From Actinomycetota bacterium (GTDB taxonomy: Bacteria > Actinomycetota > Actinomycetes > Mycobacteriales > Jatrophihabitantaceae): a stretch of DNA of 43,512 nt. The DNA is taken from assembly GCA_046744105.1 (NCBI GenBank), contig JBKOXO010000034.1, positions 1 to 43,512 of the forward strand. Reading direction: 5' to 3'. Below are positions 16,828 to 25,193 of the stretch, one piece after another. Numbering within the stretch: position 1 is the stretch's first letter; each line of letters begins with the position of its first letter. The position numbers and the translations under genes are program-made. Under the pieces are notes generated by a model. The model was not told the origin of the DNA. It worked only from the letters and a program-made list of their open reading frames with translations, and did no database searches.

Positions 16828-19740
16828 TCACACGATCGTGGCGTTGCGACCGTTGCCCGATGCGTCGACGACAGTGGCTCCTCCGGCTTCGTCGAACGGG
16901 TAGGACGCGACGTTGCCTGCTCCGGGCGCGCCGTTCGCGAGGTCGGCGATCTGCGATGCGGTAAGTGCGTGGTCGTAGATCTGGAAGTCGTCGAACGTCG
17001 CGTCGGCGTAGGGATCGTTGTACTGCGACTTTCCGATGTAGTCCTGTGTCGTGTGACCGAGGTCGACCGGCGCGAGCGTCACGTCGTTCCTGGTGGCCAC
17101 GGCCATGCCGTTCACCCAGATCGTTGCGGTCGTGCCGGCGAGCGTGACGGCGACGTGCGACCAGGTGTTCAACGGCAGTGCACTTGGCGTGTCGAGTCGC
17201 TGCTCGTTGTTGCCGCCGTCGGTCGTGATCGCGAAACGCAGGCCGCTGCCGTTGAACAAGGACAGGAACATGTAGCTGTTCGTGCCGGAGCCGAAGTCGA
17301 ACACGCGTGACCACTGCGGATTTGCCGCGGGCTTGACCCATGTCGAGACGGTGAAGTCGTGTAGCGAGCTGACGATGCCGTCCGGCAGGTTCACGTACTG
17401 TCCCTGGCCGCAGAGTTGTACCGCGTTGCCCAAGCGCCCGCCCACCCTCGTGCCGGTCTCGTCACACGCGACGAGCAACGGCTGCCGGGTGTGGGTGGTC
17501 CGCGCGACACCGTGCTGTTCGGTGTAGTTCGCCGTGGCAACGAGGTCACCTGTTATCCCGCGCTCGTCAGTGGGCGGCGTGACCGTGTACGGCACGCTCA
17601 TCGATTTGCCTGGGGGAAGCGCCGCGACGTCCGCAGTACTCGCCGGCACCGCGCTCCAGCCGTCCGGCACGGCAACCGAGACCGTGGGGTCGAGCAGTTG
17701 CTCGTTCGTCCGGTTAGTGACTGTGATCGATACCTGGGTAGGCCCGTCGATGTGCACCGTCTGATCGGACGCTTGCGGTGTCACGACGACACTCGCGTCG
17801 CGGCTCGACGGCGACCAGGACGAAAGCTCCGTCACGCCGACGTAGGCTCCTGGCGGGTTGGTGAAGAGCACGCGGATCCGCGCCGTCGTCAGCTCCGGGA
17901 ACGTCACCCGGTTCAGCCCGTTGCCGACAGGACGCTCGGGAGCGTGCACCTGATCAGGCACGTCGGTCCAGGAGTCGCCCGTCCAATACTGCAGGGTGTA
18001 CGCCGCTGCCGGGCGCACCCCACCGCCGTCGTCATAGCCGTAGAAGCGGACATCGCTGACCGGTGTGGGCACGCCGAAGTCGACGCCGTAGTAGTCCTGA
18101 GCGTTCGGCGACGAGTAGTTGGTCCAGCGGGTGTCTTCCGGGACCTCGTGGAACCACACCTTGCCGTCCAACGCGTTCCAGGGGTCGTCGAACGGCCATG
18201 TGTAGGAGGTAATCGGCCGCGGGTACCCGGTGCGCAGCGGGTTCGCGGCGTCGTTGACCAGCCGATCGGCCAGCCTTCCCGGCACGCCGTAGCCCGGGTC
18301 TCGCGATGCCGGACCGACCGGCACGGTAAGCGCCCTCACCGTCGGTGAGGAGCGTACGAGTGTGCCGTCGACGTACGCCTTCATCCCCGGGCCCTGCCCG
18401 TAGTGCGAGCCGTCTCGGTCCCAGATGACGGTGAGGTTGTGGCCGTGGTAGGGCACGTTCTCCAGCGCGAAGTAATCCCACGTGGCCGGCGTCAAGGGCT
18501 TGATCTGCACGTTTGCTCCGAGCGACGGCCGCAGCCCTATCAGGCCGGAGATCACCAAGTCGTCGAAGGACGAGTGGTTGTAATCCTCGCTGTGGTCGAA
18601 GCCGTCGTAGATCCAATTCGGCTGATCTGTCCGGCCTCCGACATGAACCAGGGACTGCGGCGTTCGACGGTCGTCGGACCGTACGGGGCGGCGAAGCCCT
18701 GCGGGTCGAGCATCTGTGCCCACGCGACGGAGTCGGATGGCTCGGCGAGGTCGAACTGCCAGGGCACGAAGCCGGTCTCTTCCCGTGTGTCCAGGCGCTG
18801 ATGAGCGGGGTTGTTCTCGTCGACGATGTCGTACCAGAACCCGCGGGTCGGATCCCACAGCCACTTGTGGGCATTCGCCTTCAACGCGGCGGCACGCTGT
18901 AGATACTCGGCCTGTGTCGCGGTGTCGCGGGTTAAGCCCAGCGACGTCAGCAATCGCCAGGGCGTCGCCGTACTGGTAGGCGTTGATCGACGGACGGAAT
19001 GTGCGCACGCCGGCGAAGTGATTGCTGGACTCGTAGGTAGCGGGCGAGTATTCCTTCGCGTCCCACACCGGCACCTGCCAGTACAAGCCGAGCGTGCTGT
19101 CGAAGTGATTGTCCCAGCCGCGGTACTGACGTATGAGCGCGCTCTGCAATGTACGCAGGGTGGCCACATCTCCGGTCACGTCGGCATCCTGCAGTGCCGC
19201 GGTCGCAGCCAAGAACGAATACTCATGCGCCCAATCCGGCGCATCGGGATTGACGTCTTGCGCCCGCTGTCCCGGACCCTGCAGCCAGAATCTGACGTAG
19301 TCGTCGGTGTAGCTCTGGTCGCGGACCCACCGTCCCTCGGCGATGTGGAAGCCTGCCGCGGCGTTGATCGCCTGGTACGGCGCGGCATAGCCGCAGCAGT
19401 CGAGGAACTCGGTGGAGATCCACCCGTCGGTCGGGTTGGTGTAGCGCAGGTGCTCCTTCCAGGTGCGCCAGCGGTAGTAGTAGACGTCCTCGATCTGCTG
19501 GTCGGGGATGTCGAGGAACGGAATGTTGGCCTCGTACCAACCGGGGTCGTTGAAGCCCACGAGCTTGGCATCCTCGTCGATGAAGTGGGTTCCTGCCCCC
19601 ACGGATGACGAGACGGGAGAAGCGGCGGCCGCCGCGGCATCGGCCGGGGCGCTTAGCGCGACGACCGGCCCGGCGGTCACGCCGGCGCACACCGAGAGAG
19701 CCAACAACAGCGTGCTGGCGATGTTGGGCCGACGCGTCAT
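16828..19740 (-). CDS. Secreted MGH1-like/GH63-like (alpha/alpha)6 glycoside hydrolase - discoidin (F5/8 type C)-like - NEW3 - LamG; the reading frame switches twice internally (possible pseudogene)
   Basis: Start at MTRRPNIAS (ATG 19740, GGAGG RBS) with a signal peptide. N-terminal block VYYYRWRTWKEHLRYTNPTDGWISTEFL. Residues encoded by about 18630-18937 are Arg-rich junk in this frame. The overlapping ORF 18552-19169 gives LTRDTATQAEYLQRAAALKANAHKWLWDPTRGFWYDIV...GFAAPYGPTTVERRSPWFM. Downstream: EDYNHSSFDDLVISGLIGLRP, NVPYHGHNLTVIWD, a discoidin-like domain, NEW3 and LamG. Confidence 0.75.
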   Translation of the reverse strand: MTRRPNIASTLLLALSVCAGVTAGPVVALSAPADAAAAAASPVSSSVGAGTHFIDEDAKLVGFNDPGWYEANIPFLDIPDQQIEDVYYYRWRTWKEHLRYTNPTDGWISTEFLDCCGYAAPYQAINAAAGFHIAEGRWVRDQSYTDDYVRFWLQGPGQRAQDVNPDAPDWAHEYSFLAATAALQDADVTGDVATLRTLQSALIRQYRGWDNHFDSTLGLYWQVPVWDAKEYSPATYESSNHFAGVRTFRPSINAYQYGDALAIADVAGLNPRHRDTGRVSTACRRVEGECPQVAVGSDPRVLVRHRRREQPRSSAPGHTGRDRLRALAVRPRRAIRLRRVGTDARPAGLRRPVRSDDRRTPQSLVHVGGRTDQPNWIYDGFDHSEDYNHSSFDDLVISGLIGLRPSLGANVQIKPLTPATWDYFALENVPYHGHNLTVIWDRDGSHYGQGPGMKAYVDGTLVRSSPTVRALTVPVGPASRDPGYGVPGRLADRLVNDAANPLRTGYPRPITSYTWPFDDPWNALDGKVWFHEVPEDTRWTNYSSPNAQDYYGVDFGVPTPVSDVRFYGYDDGGGVRPAAAYTLQYWTGDSWTDVPDQVHAPERPVGNGLNRVTFPELTTARIRVLFTNPPGAYVGVTELSSWSPSSRDASVVVTPQASDQTVHIDGPTQVSITVTNRTNEQLLDPTVSVAVPDGWSAVPASTADVAALPPGKSMSVPYTVTPPTDERGITGDLVATANYTEQHGVARTTHTRQPLLVACDETGTRVGGRLGNAVQLCGQGQYVNLPDGIVSSLHDFTVSTWVKPAANPQWSRVFDFGSGTNSYMFLSLFNGSGLRFAITTDGGNNEQRLDTPSALPLNTWSHVAVTLAGTTATIWVNGMAVATRNDVTLAPVDLGHTTQDYIGKSQYNDPYADATFDDFQIYDHALTASQIADLANGAPGAGNVASYPFDEAGGATVVDASGNGRNATIV
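16831..17437 (-). repeat. LamG module copy A (body + C-terminal GNVASYPFDE...DASGNGRNATIV tail)
   Basis: Paralogous at protein and DNA level to copies B-D. For example, gtgttcgacttcggc is shared with nt ~38430. Confidence 0.7.
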
Positions 19741-19787
19741 GGGTGCACCTCCGTCGATACCTGCCCGGATCCGATTCGCGATCCGCT

Positions 19788-21959
19788 CTAGTCGGAGGGG
19801 AGTGCGAGCAGCGAATAGAACCCGCCGACGACCGGGCGGGCTTGGAACCCGTTCTGCCGATCGCCCACCGTGTCGTACCAGTCGGTCATCGCGACCCGGC
19901 TCGGGCTGCTGCTCGCGAACTCGTAGACGCTCTCGATCAACAGGCTGCTGGCGTCCGGATGATCGACGAGCCACCCCGCGGTCCACAGCTCCCAGTCACC
20001 CTTTGTGTAGGTGTGGCGGATATCGAGCGGCACGCCGTAGGTGTTGGCGTGCTTGAGGTACCAGGCAGCTTCGGTGGCGGCGACGGAGGCTGGCACCAGC
20101 CCAAGGCCGAGGATCTTGTCGGCGAGACCGTTGTATTTCAGGCTCCATGTCCCGTCCTGGTCATAGGCGAGCTTGAGATGGGCGCCCGAACTGTCCCTCG
20201 CCATGGTGACCCATTGGCCGATGTAGTCCTTGGCAACGGCCAGGTAGTGCGTGCTGTCCGCGGGATTGCCTGCGGCAGTCGCGATCTGGCTCATCGCGCC
20301 GATGCCCACGATGCCCTTGAGGGCGAGGTTGACGCTGTGCGCGATGAAGCCGGTGAAGTCGTCGGTCTGGTTCTGGAATCCCGGGTCAAGCGCGTTGTCG
20401 ACGAGATAGTCGGCCCACTGCTTGAGGATCGAATAATGCGCCTGCGCGAAACTCCCGGCCTCAGTAGCACTGAGCCGGTTGGCGTAGGCGGCGCTCATGA
20501 TGAGCATGTTCGCCGATTCCTCGACGGGCATGTCCTCTTCGTTGCCGTCGTTGTGTCCGGTCGCATTGGGGTAATGGGTGCCCAGATCGTGCTCGGCGAA
20601 CTGCTTCGGCCAGCCGCCGCGTTCGGCGTAGTCGAGCAGAGGCCCCAGGATGAGACCCAGGTACTTGGGGTCGGCGTACAAGAACACCGGCATGCACGGA
20701 TAGGTGACGTCGACGGTCGAGACGTTGCCGTCGCTGGAGATCTCCTTCAGGAACGCCCAGGGCGTGCCGTTGTGAGAGACGAGCTCCGTGCCGCCGTAGG
20801 CCTGACGTAGCGCCAGCGCGCACAAAGCCGCGTACTGATCGCCCCCGGCGCGAGTCGCCGCGGCCTTGATGCTGTTGTCCAGAGCGGCGTTGCGGGCGAC
20901 AGCCGCCGTGTAGTCGCTGTGGAAGGCGCCGATCATGTCCTGCGGTGAGGAGAAGTAGTCCATCCACAGCGGCGGCAGCGGTGTGCCGAGATAGCTCACC
21001 GCAGGTGTGCGGACGTGCCCGATGCTGACGGTGTACGAGGCCGAGCCGGCGCCGACGCGGCCGAGATCGAAGGCGAAAGCGAACACCGGCCACCGGTCGT
21101 TGATCGCACGCGGCTGTCCGGCGTCAACGGTGCCGGCGAGCGCGCCGTCGGTGACGAATTTCTGGCGGACGACGGCGTCTTGCCCGATCTGCCACGTCAT
21201 TGCGGTAGAGACTTCGGCGCTCAAGCCGATCGTGCCCCAGGTCGCCATGTCGCCGTTCTCCGCGAGCTGCTGCTGGCTATTGAGCTGGCAGCTCAAGGTC
21301 ACCAGGTTCGAGCCTCGCGCGTTATAGGCCGACTGGTCCCAGACGATTTGCGCGCCCGAGTCGTTGGTAGACCACTCCCCCGAGATGTCCACGTAGATCT
21401 GCACGCGGTGTGCGGTGCCGTCGAGGCTGGAAGCGTCGACCGTTACATAGCTCAGCGGCATCGACTGCCGGCGAAGATCACCGGGCTCGACCGGCGACAG
21501 GAACGTCACCTTGAGTTGCACGCCGGCCTGCTCGAGCACGAAGCGCGAGGACGTCGCTGTGAGCGCCGACGCGGTCTGCCGCATGGTGGGGAACGGAAAG
21601 ACATTCGGCAACGCCGGCGAACCCATAAAGACGTAGGCGGTGCCGTCGATCAAGGCGATGCCTGTCAGCGCGGTGATGTGACCGGTCCAGAACGTCGGCC
21701 AAGTGCCGGGCAGGCTGTCCGCCGCGAGCCACGTGCTCAGGTACGGCGACCGGACTGCGAGCGGGACGGCCGGAGCGCGGAGCGGGTCGAAGCTCGGCGT
21801 CGGCGTGCCGTTCCCGGCGGCGGGAACCGCCGCCTCGGCTGAAGTCTCAGACCTCGGGATCCCGGTCGCTGCAACTGCGGCGGCGCCGGTCACGGCGGAC
21901 CAGCGCAGGAAGTTGCGGCGGCTCGTGCCGGACCGGTCGGGCACGGTGGCCTCTGACAT
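19788..21959 (-). CDS. Tat-secreted glutaminase-A-like protein (DUF4964/DUF5127/DUF4965/DUF1793-type architecture), putative glycoside hydrolase of unassigned activity
   Basis: Twin-arginine signal SRRNFLRWSAVTGAAAVAATG. Family-typical blocks PLAVRSPYLSTW, FLKEISSDGNVSTVDVTYPCMPVFLY, MPVEESANMLIM, TDDFTGFIAHSVNLALKGIVGIGAM, KGDWELWTA. Confidence 0.75.
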   Translation of the reverse strand: MSEATVPDRSGTSRRNFLRWSAVTGAAAVAATGIPRSETSAEAAVPAAGNGTPTPSFDPLRAPAVPLAVRSPYLSTWLAADSLPGTWPTFWTGHITALTGIALIDGTAYVFMGSPALPNVFPFPTMRQTASALTATSSRFVLEQAGVQLKVTFLSPVEPGDLRRQSMPLSYVTVDASSLDGTAHRVQIYVDISGEWSTNDSGAQIVWDQSAYNARGSNLVTLSCQLNSQQQLAENGDMATWGTIGLSAEVSTAMTWQIGQDAVVRQKFVTDGALAGTVDAGQPRAINDRWPVFAFAFDLGRVGAGSASYTVSIGHVRTPAVSYLGTPLPPLWMDYFSSPQDMIGAFHSDYTAAVARNAALDNSIKAAATRAGGDQYAALCALALRQAYGGTELVSHNGTPWAFLKEISSDGNVSTVDVTYPCMPVFLYADPKYLGLILGPLLDYAERGGWPKQFAEHDLGTHYPNATGHNDGNEEDMPVEESANMLIMSAAYANRLSATEAGSFAQAHYSILKQWADYLVDNALDPGFQNQTDDFTGFIAHSVNLALKGIVGIGAMSQIATAAGNPADSTHYLAVAKDYIGQWVTMARDSSGAHLKLAYDQDGTWSLKYNGLADKILGLGLVPASVAATEAAWYLKHANTYGVPLDIRHTYTKGDWELWTAGWLVDHPDASSLLIESVYEFASSSPSRVAMTDWYDTVGDRQNGFQARPVVGGFYSLLALPSD

Positions 21960-22030
21960 GCGGACTCGATTCGTCGTGACGTGACGTGCACGTCGTCCAG
22001 GACGGTGGTTGCGATGGTGTCGGGTGTGGC

Positions 22031-22120
22031 TCAGCGCAATGCGCTGAGTTGGACGGCGTCGGCCATCGCTCGGTAGCCGGCATCGTCGGGGTATAGGTGA
22101 TCGCCGGACGACCCGCCGGC
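22031..22120 (-). pseudogene. 3'-terminal remnant of an SGNH/GDSL hydrolase gene
   Basis: Only the last ~26 codons are recognisable: SSGDHLYPDDAGYRAMADAVQLSALR-stop. This is the catalytic-His block DxxHP plus the typical AGYRAMA tail. Upstream codons are junk. Confidence 0.4.
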
Positions 22121-22292
22121 GGGCCGAGTACGGCCCGGCCGACGGGATGGCGACGCCGTTCGGGACTCCGGGTTCCCATCAGACGCTCCCGCCGACGATC
22201 TTCTCAGGGGCTGGTCGCGGGCGCGTCGAGAAGCCCACTGCCGCGTGGTCGCGCCGATCTTATACTTATTGCACCAGAATCGCGAGTTATTC

Positions 22293-22338
22293 AACAAAGT
22301 ACGCTGTTGTATTTCGCGCTGTTCACCCCTCGAACAGC
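22293..22338. promoter_or_regulatory. Cluster of CTGTT/AACAG half-sites in the AT-rich divergent control region (AACAAAGTACGCTGTT; GCTGTTC-n7-GAACAGC)
   Basis: Read directly. The local GC is clearly below the window background. It lies between the leftward GH operon and the rightward GH2 gene. Confidence 0.25.
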
Positions 22339-22508
22339 CTTATATGCGGATAGGATGACGAATCCAGAGCGCTACACCGAACAGAATCCAACAGCGATGC
22401 GGATCTGCGATCTCACAGCGAAAGTGCGACCTACCGACTGCTGCCTGGGTAAGAGCGACGCCCCCGGGCCGCCCGAGTCTCGTCGCCCCGGACGAGGAGG
22501 TGCCAACG

Positions 22509-25025
22509 GTGTTCGGAGTTTCCAATCCCTCAGGCCGAACCACCCGCCGCGTGCTGACCGTGCTGACCGCCGCCGTGCTGGCGATGTCGCTGATGCCCGG
22601 CACGGTCGCCGCCACGGCGCAGCAGGGCGGCGACGGCTGGCAGCGCAAGACGCCGCCGCTCTCGACGCCGTGGACTATGCAGGTCGGGCCGGACAACGCG
22701 CTGCCGGAGTACCCGCGCCCGCAGCTGACCCGGGGGCAGTGGCAGAACCTCAACGGCGTGTGGCAGTTTGCGTCCGCGACAGCCGGTGAGACCCCGCCGT
22801 TCGGGCAGGACCTGGCCGAGCGCATCCTCGTGCCGTACCCGGTGGAGTCGGCGCTGTCCGGGATCATGCGGCACGAGCAGCGCATGTGGTACCGGCGCAC
22901 GCTGACCGTGCCAGCGAGCTGGCGTGTGGGGTCCGGGCAGCGGCTGATGCTGAACTTCGGCGCTGTGGACTACGACGCCACCGTCTACATCAACGGGGTG
23001 CAGGTCGCCCATCACCTCGGCGGCTACAACGCGTTCAGTGTGGACGTCACTGACGCGCTGCGCGCCGGCGGCCCACAGGAGCTGCTGGTCGGCGTGTACG
23101 ACCCGACCGACGCCGGCGGGCAGCCGATCGGCAAGCAGCGCAACAACCCGGGCGGCATCTTCTACACGTCCACGTCCGGCATCTGGCAGACCGTGTGGAT
23201 GGAGCCGGTCTCCGCGACGCATGTCACGTCACTGGACATGACCCCCGACCTGGGGACCGACACGCTGCACCTCACGGTGAACGCGAGCGGCAATGGCACG
23301 GTCACGGCCACCGCAATCGACGGTGCCAAACCGGTGGGTACGGTCACTGGTTCGGCCAACACGTCACTCGCGTTGCCGGTCCCGAACGCGAAGCTGTGGT
23401 CGCCGGAACGCCCCTTCCTGTACAACCTGCAGGTCGTATTGCGGCCGAACGACCCCGGGGCGCCGCTGGACGATGTCGGCTCCTACTTCGGCATGCGCTC
23501 GGTCGGCGCGGCGCGCGGCGCGGACGGCCGGCCGCGGCTCGTCCTGAACGGCAAGCCGATCTTCGCGATGGCCACGCTGGACCAGGGTTTCTGGCCGGAC
23601 GGCATCTACACCGCGCCAACCGACGCGGCGTTGCGCTTCGACCTCCAGCAGCACAAGGCGCTCGGATTCAACGCGGTGCGCAAGCACATCAAGGTGGAGC
23701 CGGCGCGCTGGTACTACTGGGCCGACCGGCTCGGCCTGCTCGTCTGGCAGGACATGCCGGCGATGAACCTTGTCCCGCCGAGCGCCGCCGCGCAGGCCGA
23801 GTATCTCGCCGAACTGCACGCGACGATCGAGCAGCACAAGAGCGAGACGTCGATCATCGGGTGGATCCCGTTCAACGAAGGCTGGGGCGAGTTCGACCCG
23901 GTGGGGGTCGCGGCGCAGGTCAAGGCATGGGATCCGTCCCGACTGGTCGACGCCGACAGCGGCGTGAACTGCTGCCTGTCCTTCCCCGACAGCGGTGAGG
24001 GCGACGTGTACGACGACCACACCTATGTCGGTCCGGGCGCGCCGCCGTTCCAGACGAACCGCATCGCCATCGACGGCGAGTACGGCGGTCTCGGCCTCGA
24101 GGTGCCGGGCCACCTGTGGCCGGGCACTCCGCAGGCATACGAGATGGAGCCCGACTCGGCGACGCTCACCCGCCGCTACGTCGAGCTGGCTCAGAAGCTG
24201 CTGCAGGTGCAGAACGCGTGCGCCGTCAGCGGTGGCATCTACACGCAGATCACCGACGTGGAGAACGAGGTCAACGGGCTGTTCACCTACGACCGGCAGG
24301 TTGAGCAGATGGGCGGTGCGCAGGTGCGCAACGCCAACCTGGCTTTGGAACGCAATGCGCAGGCCGCCTTCGACGGGACGAACGCGCCGGTGTACCCGCC
24401 TGGGCAGACCGACCCGGTCGGCACGTGGACGCTCGATGAGGGCTCGGGCGCGATCGCGCACGACAGCGCCGACAGCCACGACCTGTCGCTCGTCGGCGCT
24501 GCGACCTGGGTGCAGGGCGAGTCCGGCGCCGCGTTGCAGTTCGACGGCTCGTCGCAGTACGCGCAGGCGAGCGGCCCCGTGCTCGACACCGCGGGTAACT
24601 TCAGTGTCGCGGCCTGGGTGAAGCTGGATGCCACCGGGCATTTCGCCACCGCGGTGAGTCAGGACGGCGCCAGTGCCAGCGCGTTCTTCCTGCAGTACTC
24701 GGCGGCTGACAACCGCTGGGCGTTCTCCACCGTCGAGGGGCGCGCGCTCTCCGACGCACCGCCGACTCTCGGGCAGTGGACGCACCTGGTCGGCGTGCAC
24801 GACGCGAACAGCGGCACATACACGCTCTACGTCAACGGGCAGGGGCAGGCCAAGGTGCTCGACCAGTGTCTGGGCGACGGGTCGTCCGGACCGTTCGCCG
24901 TGGGCCGGGGTTTCTTCGGCGGCAACAAGACCGACTTCTTCCCGGGCACCGTCGACCAGGCGCACGTCTGGAACCGCGCGCTGTCCGCGGCGGACGTGAC
25001 GGCGCTATACCAGTCCGGGCAGTGA
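22509..25025 (+). CDS. Secreted GH2 family glycoside hydrolase with C-terminal canonical LamG (Laminin_G_3) domain
   Basis: Signal peptide (RRVLTVLTAAVLAMSLMPGTVAATA). GH2 sugar-binding block NFGAVDYDATVYINGVQVAHHLGGYNAFSVDVT, TIM-barrel blocks GFNAVRKHIKVE and WIPFNEGWGEF. LamG from about nt 24415 (WTLDEGSGAIAHDSADSHDLSL ... VDQAHVWNRALSAADV). Start GTG 22509 (8 nt after GGAGG) is preferred over GTG 22500. Confidence 0.85.
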   Translation: MFGVSNPSGRTTRRVLTVLTAAVLAMSLMPGTVAATAQQGGDGWQRKTPPLSTPWTMQVGPDNALPEYPRPQLTRGQWQNLNGVWQFASATAGETPPFGQDLAERILVPYPVESALSGIMRHEQRMWYRRTLTVPASWRVGSGQRLMLNFGAVDYDATVYINGVQVAHHLGGYNAFSVDVTDALRAGGPQELLVGVYDPTDAGGQPIGKQRNNPGGIFYTSTSGIWQTVWMEPVSATHVTSLDMTPDLGTDTLHLTVNASGNGTVTATAIDGAKPVGTVTGSANTSLALPVPNAKLWSPERPFLYNLQVVLRPNDPGAPLDDVGSYFGMRSVGAARGADGRPRLVLNGKPIFAMATLDQGFWPDGIYTAPTDAALRFDLQQHKALGFNAVRKHIKVEPARWYYWADRLGLLVWQDMPAMNLVPPSAAAQAEYLAELHATIEQHKSETSIIGWIPFNEGWGEFDPVGVAAQVKAWDPSRLVDADSGVNCCLSFPDSGEGDVYDDHTYVGPGAPPFQTNRIAIDGEYGGLGLEVPGHLWPGTPQAYEMEPDSATLTRRYVELAQKLLQVQNACAVSGGIYTQITDVENEVNGLFTYDRQVEQMGGAQVRNANLALERNAQAAFDGTNAPVYPPGQTDPVGTWTLDEGSGAIAHDSADSHDLSLVGAATWVQGESGAALQFDGSSQYAQASGPVLDTAGNFSVAAWVKLDATGHFATAVSQDGASASAFFLQYSAADNRWAFSTVEGRALSDAPPTLGQWTHLVGVHDANSGTYTLYVNGQGQAKVLDQCLGDGSSGPFAVGRGFFGGNKTDFFPGTVDQAHVWNRALSAADVTALYQSGQ

Positions 25026-25102
25026 TCCAGGCGATGACGGACGGACAACGGCCCGGCGCACCATCAGAACCGGGGAACTCCGACCCAGGAAAGAACTGCC
25101 CA

Positions 25103-25118
25103 TTGTGAGCGCTCACAA
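25103..25118. promoter_or_regulatory. Perfect 16-bp LacI-family operator palindrome TTGTGAGCGCTCACAA
   Basis: Read directly, 75 nt upstream of the mutarotase ATG. It is identical to the core of the ideal symmetric lac operator. Confidence 0.65.
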
Positions 25119-25193
25119 GTAACGGTATAACCAACCGCAGCAGCCGCCCAGCGCAGATGCCGCCGGGCCTTAGCGATCGGGAAAGGGGAACGT

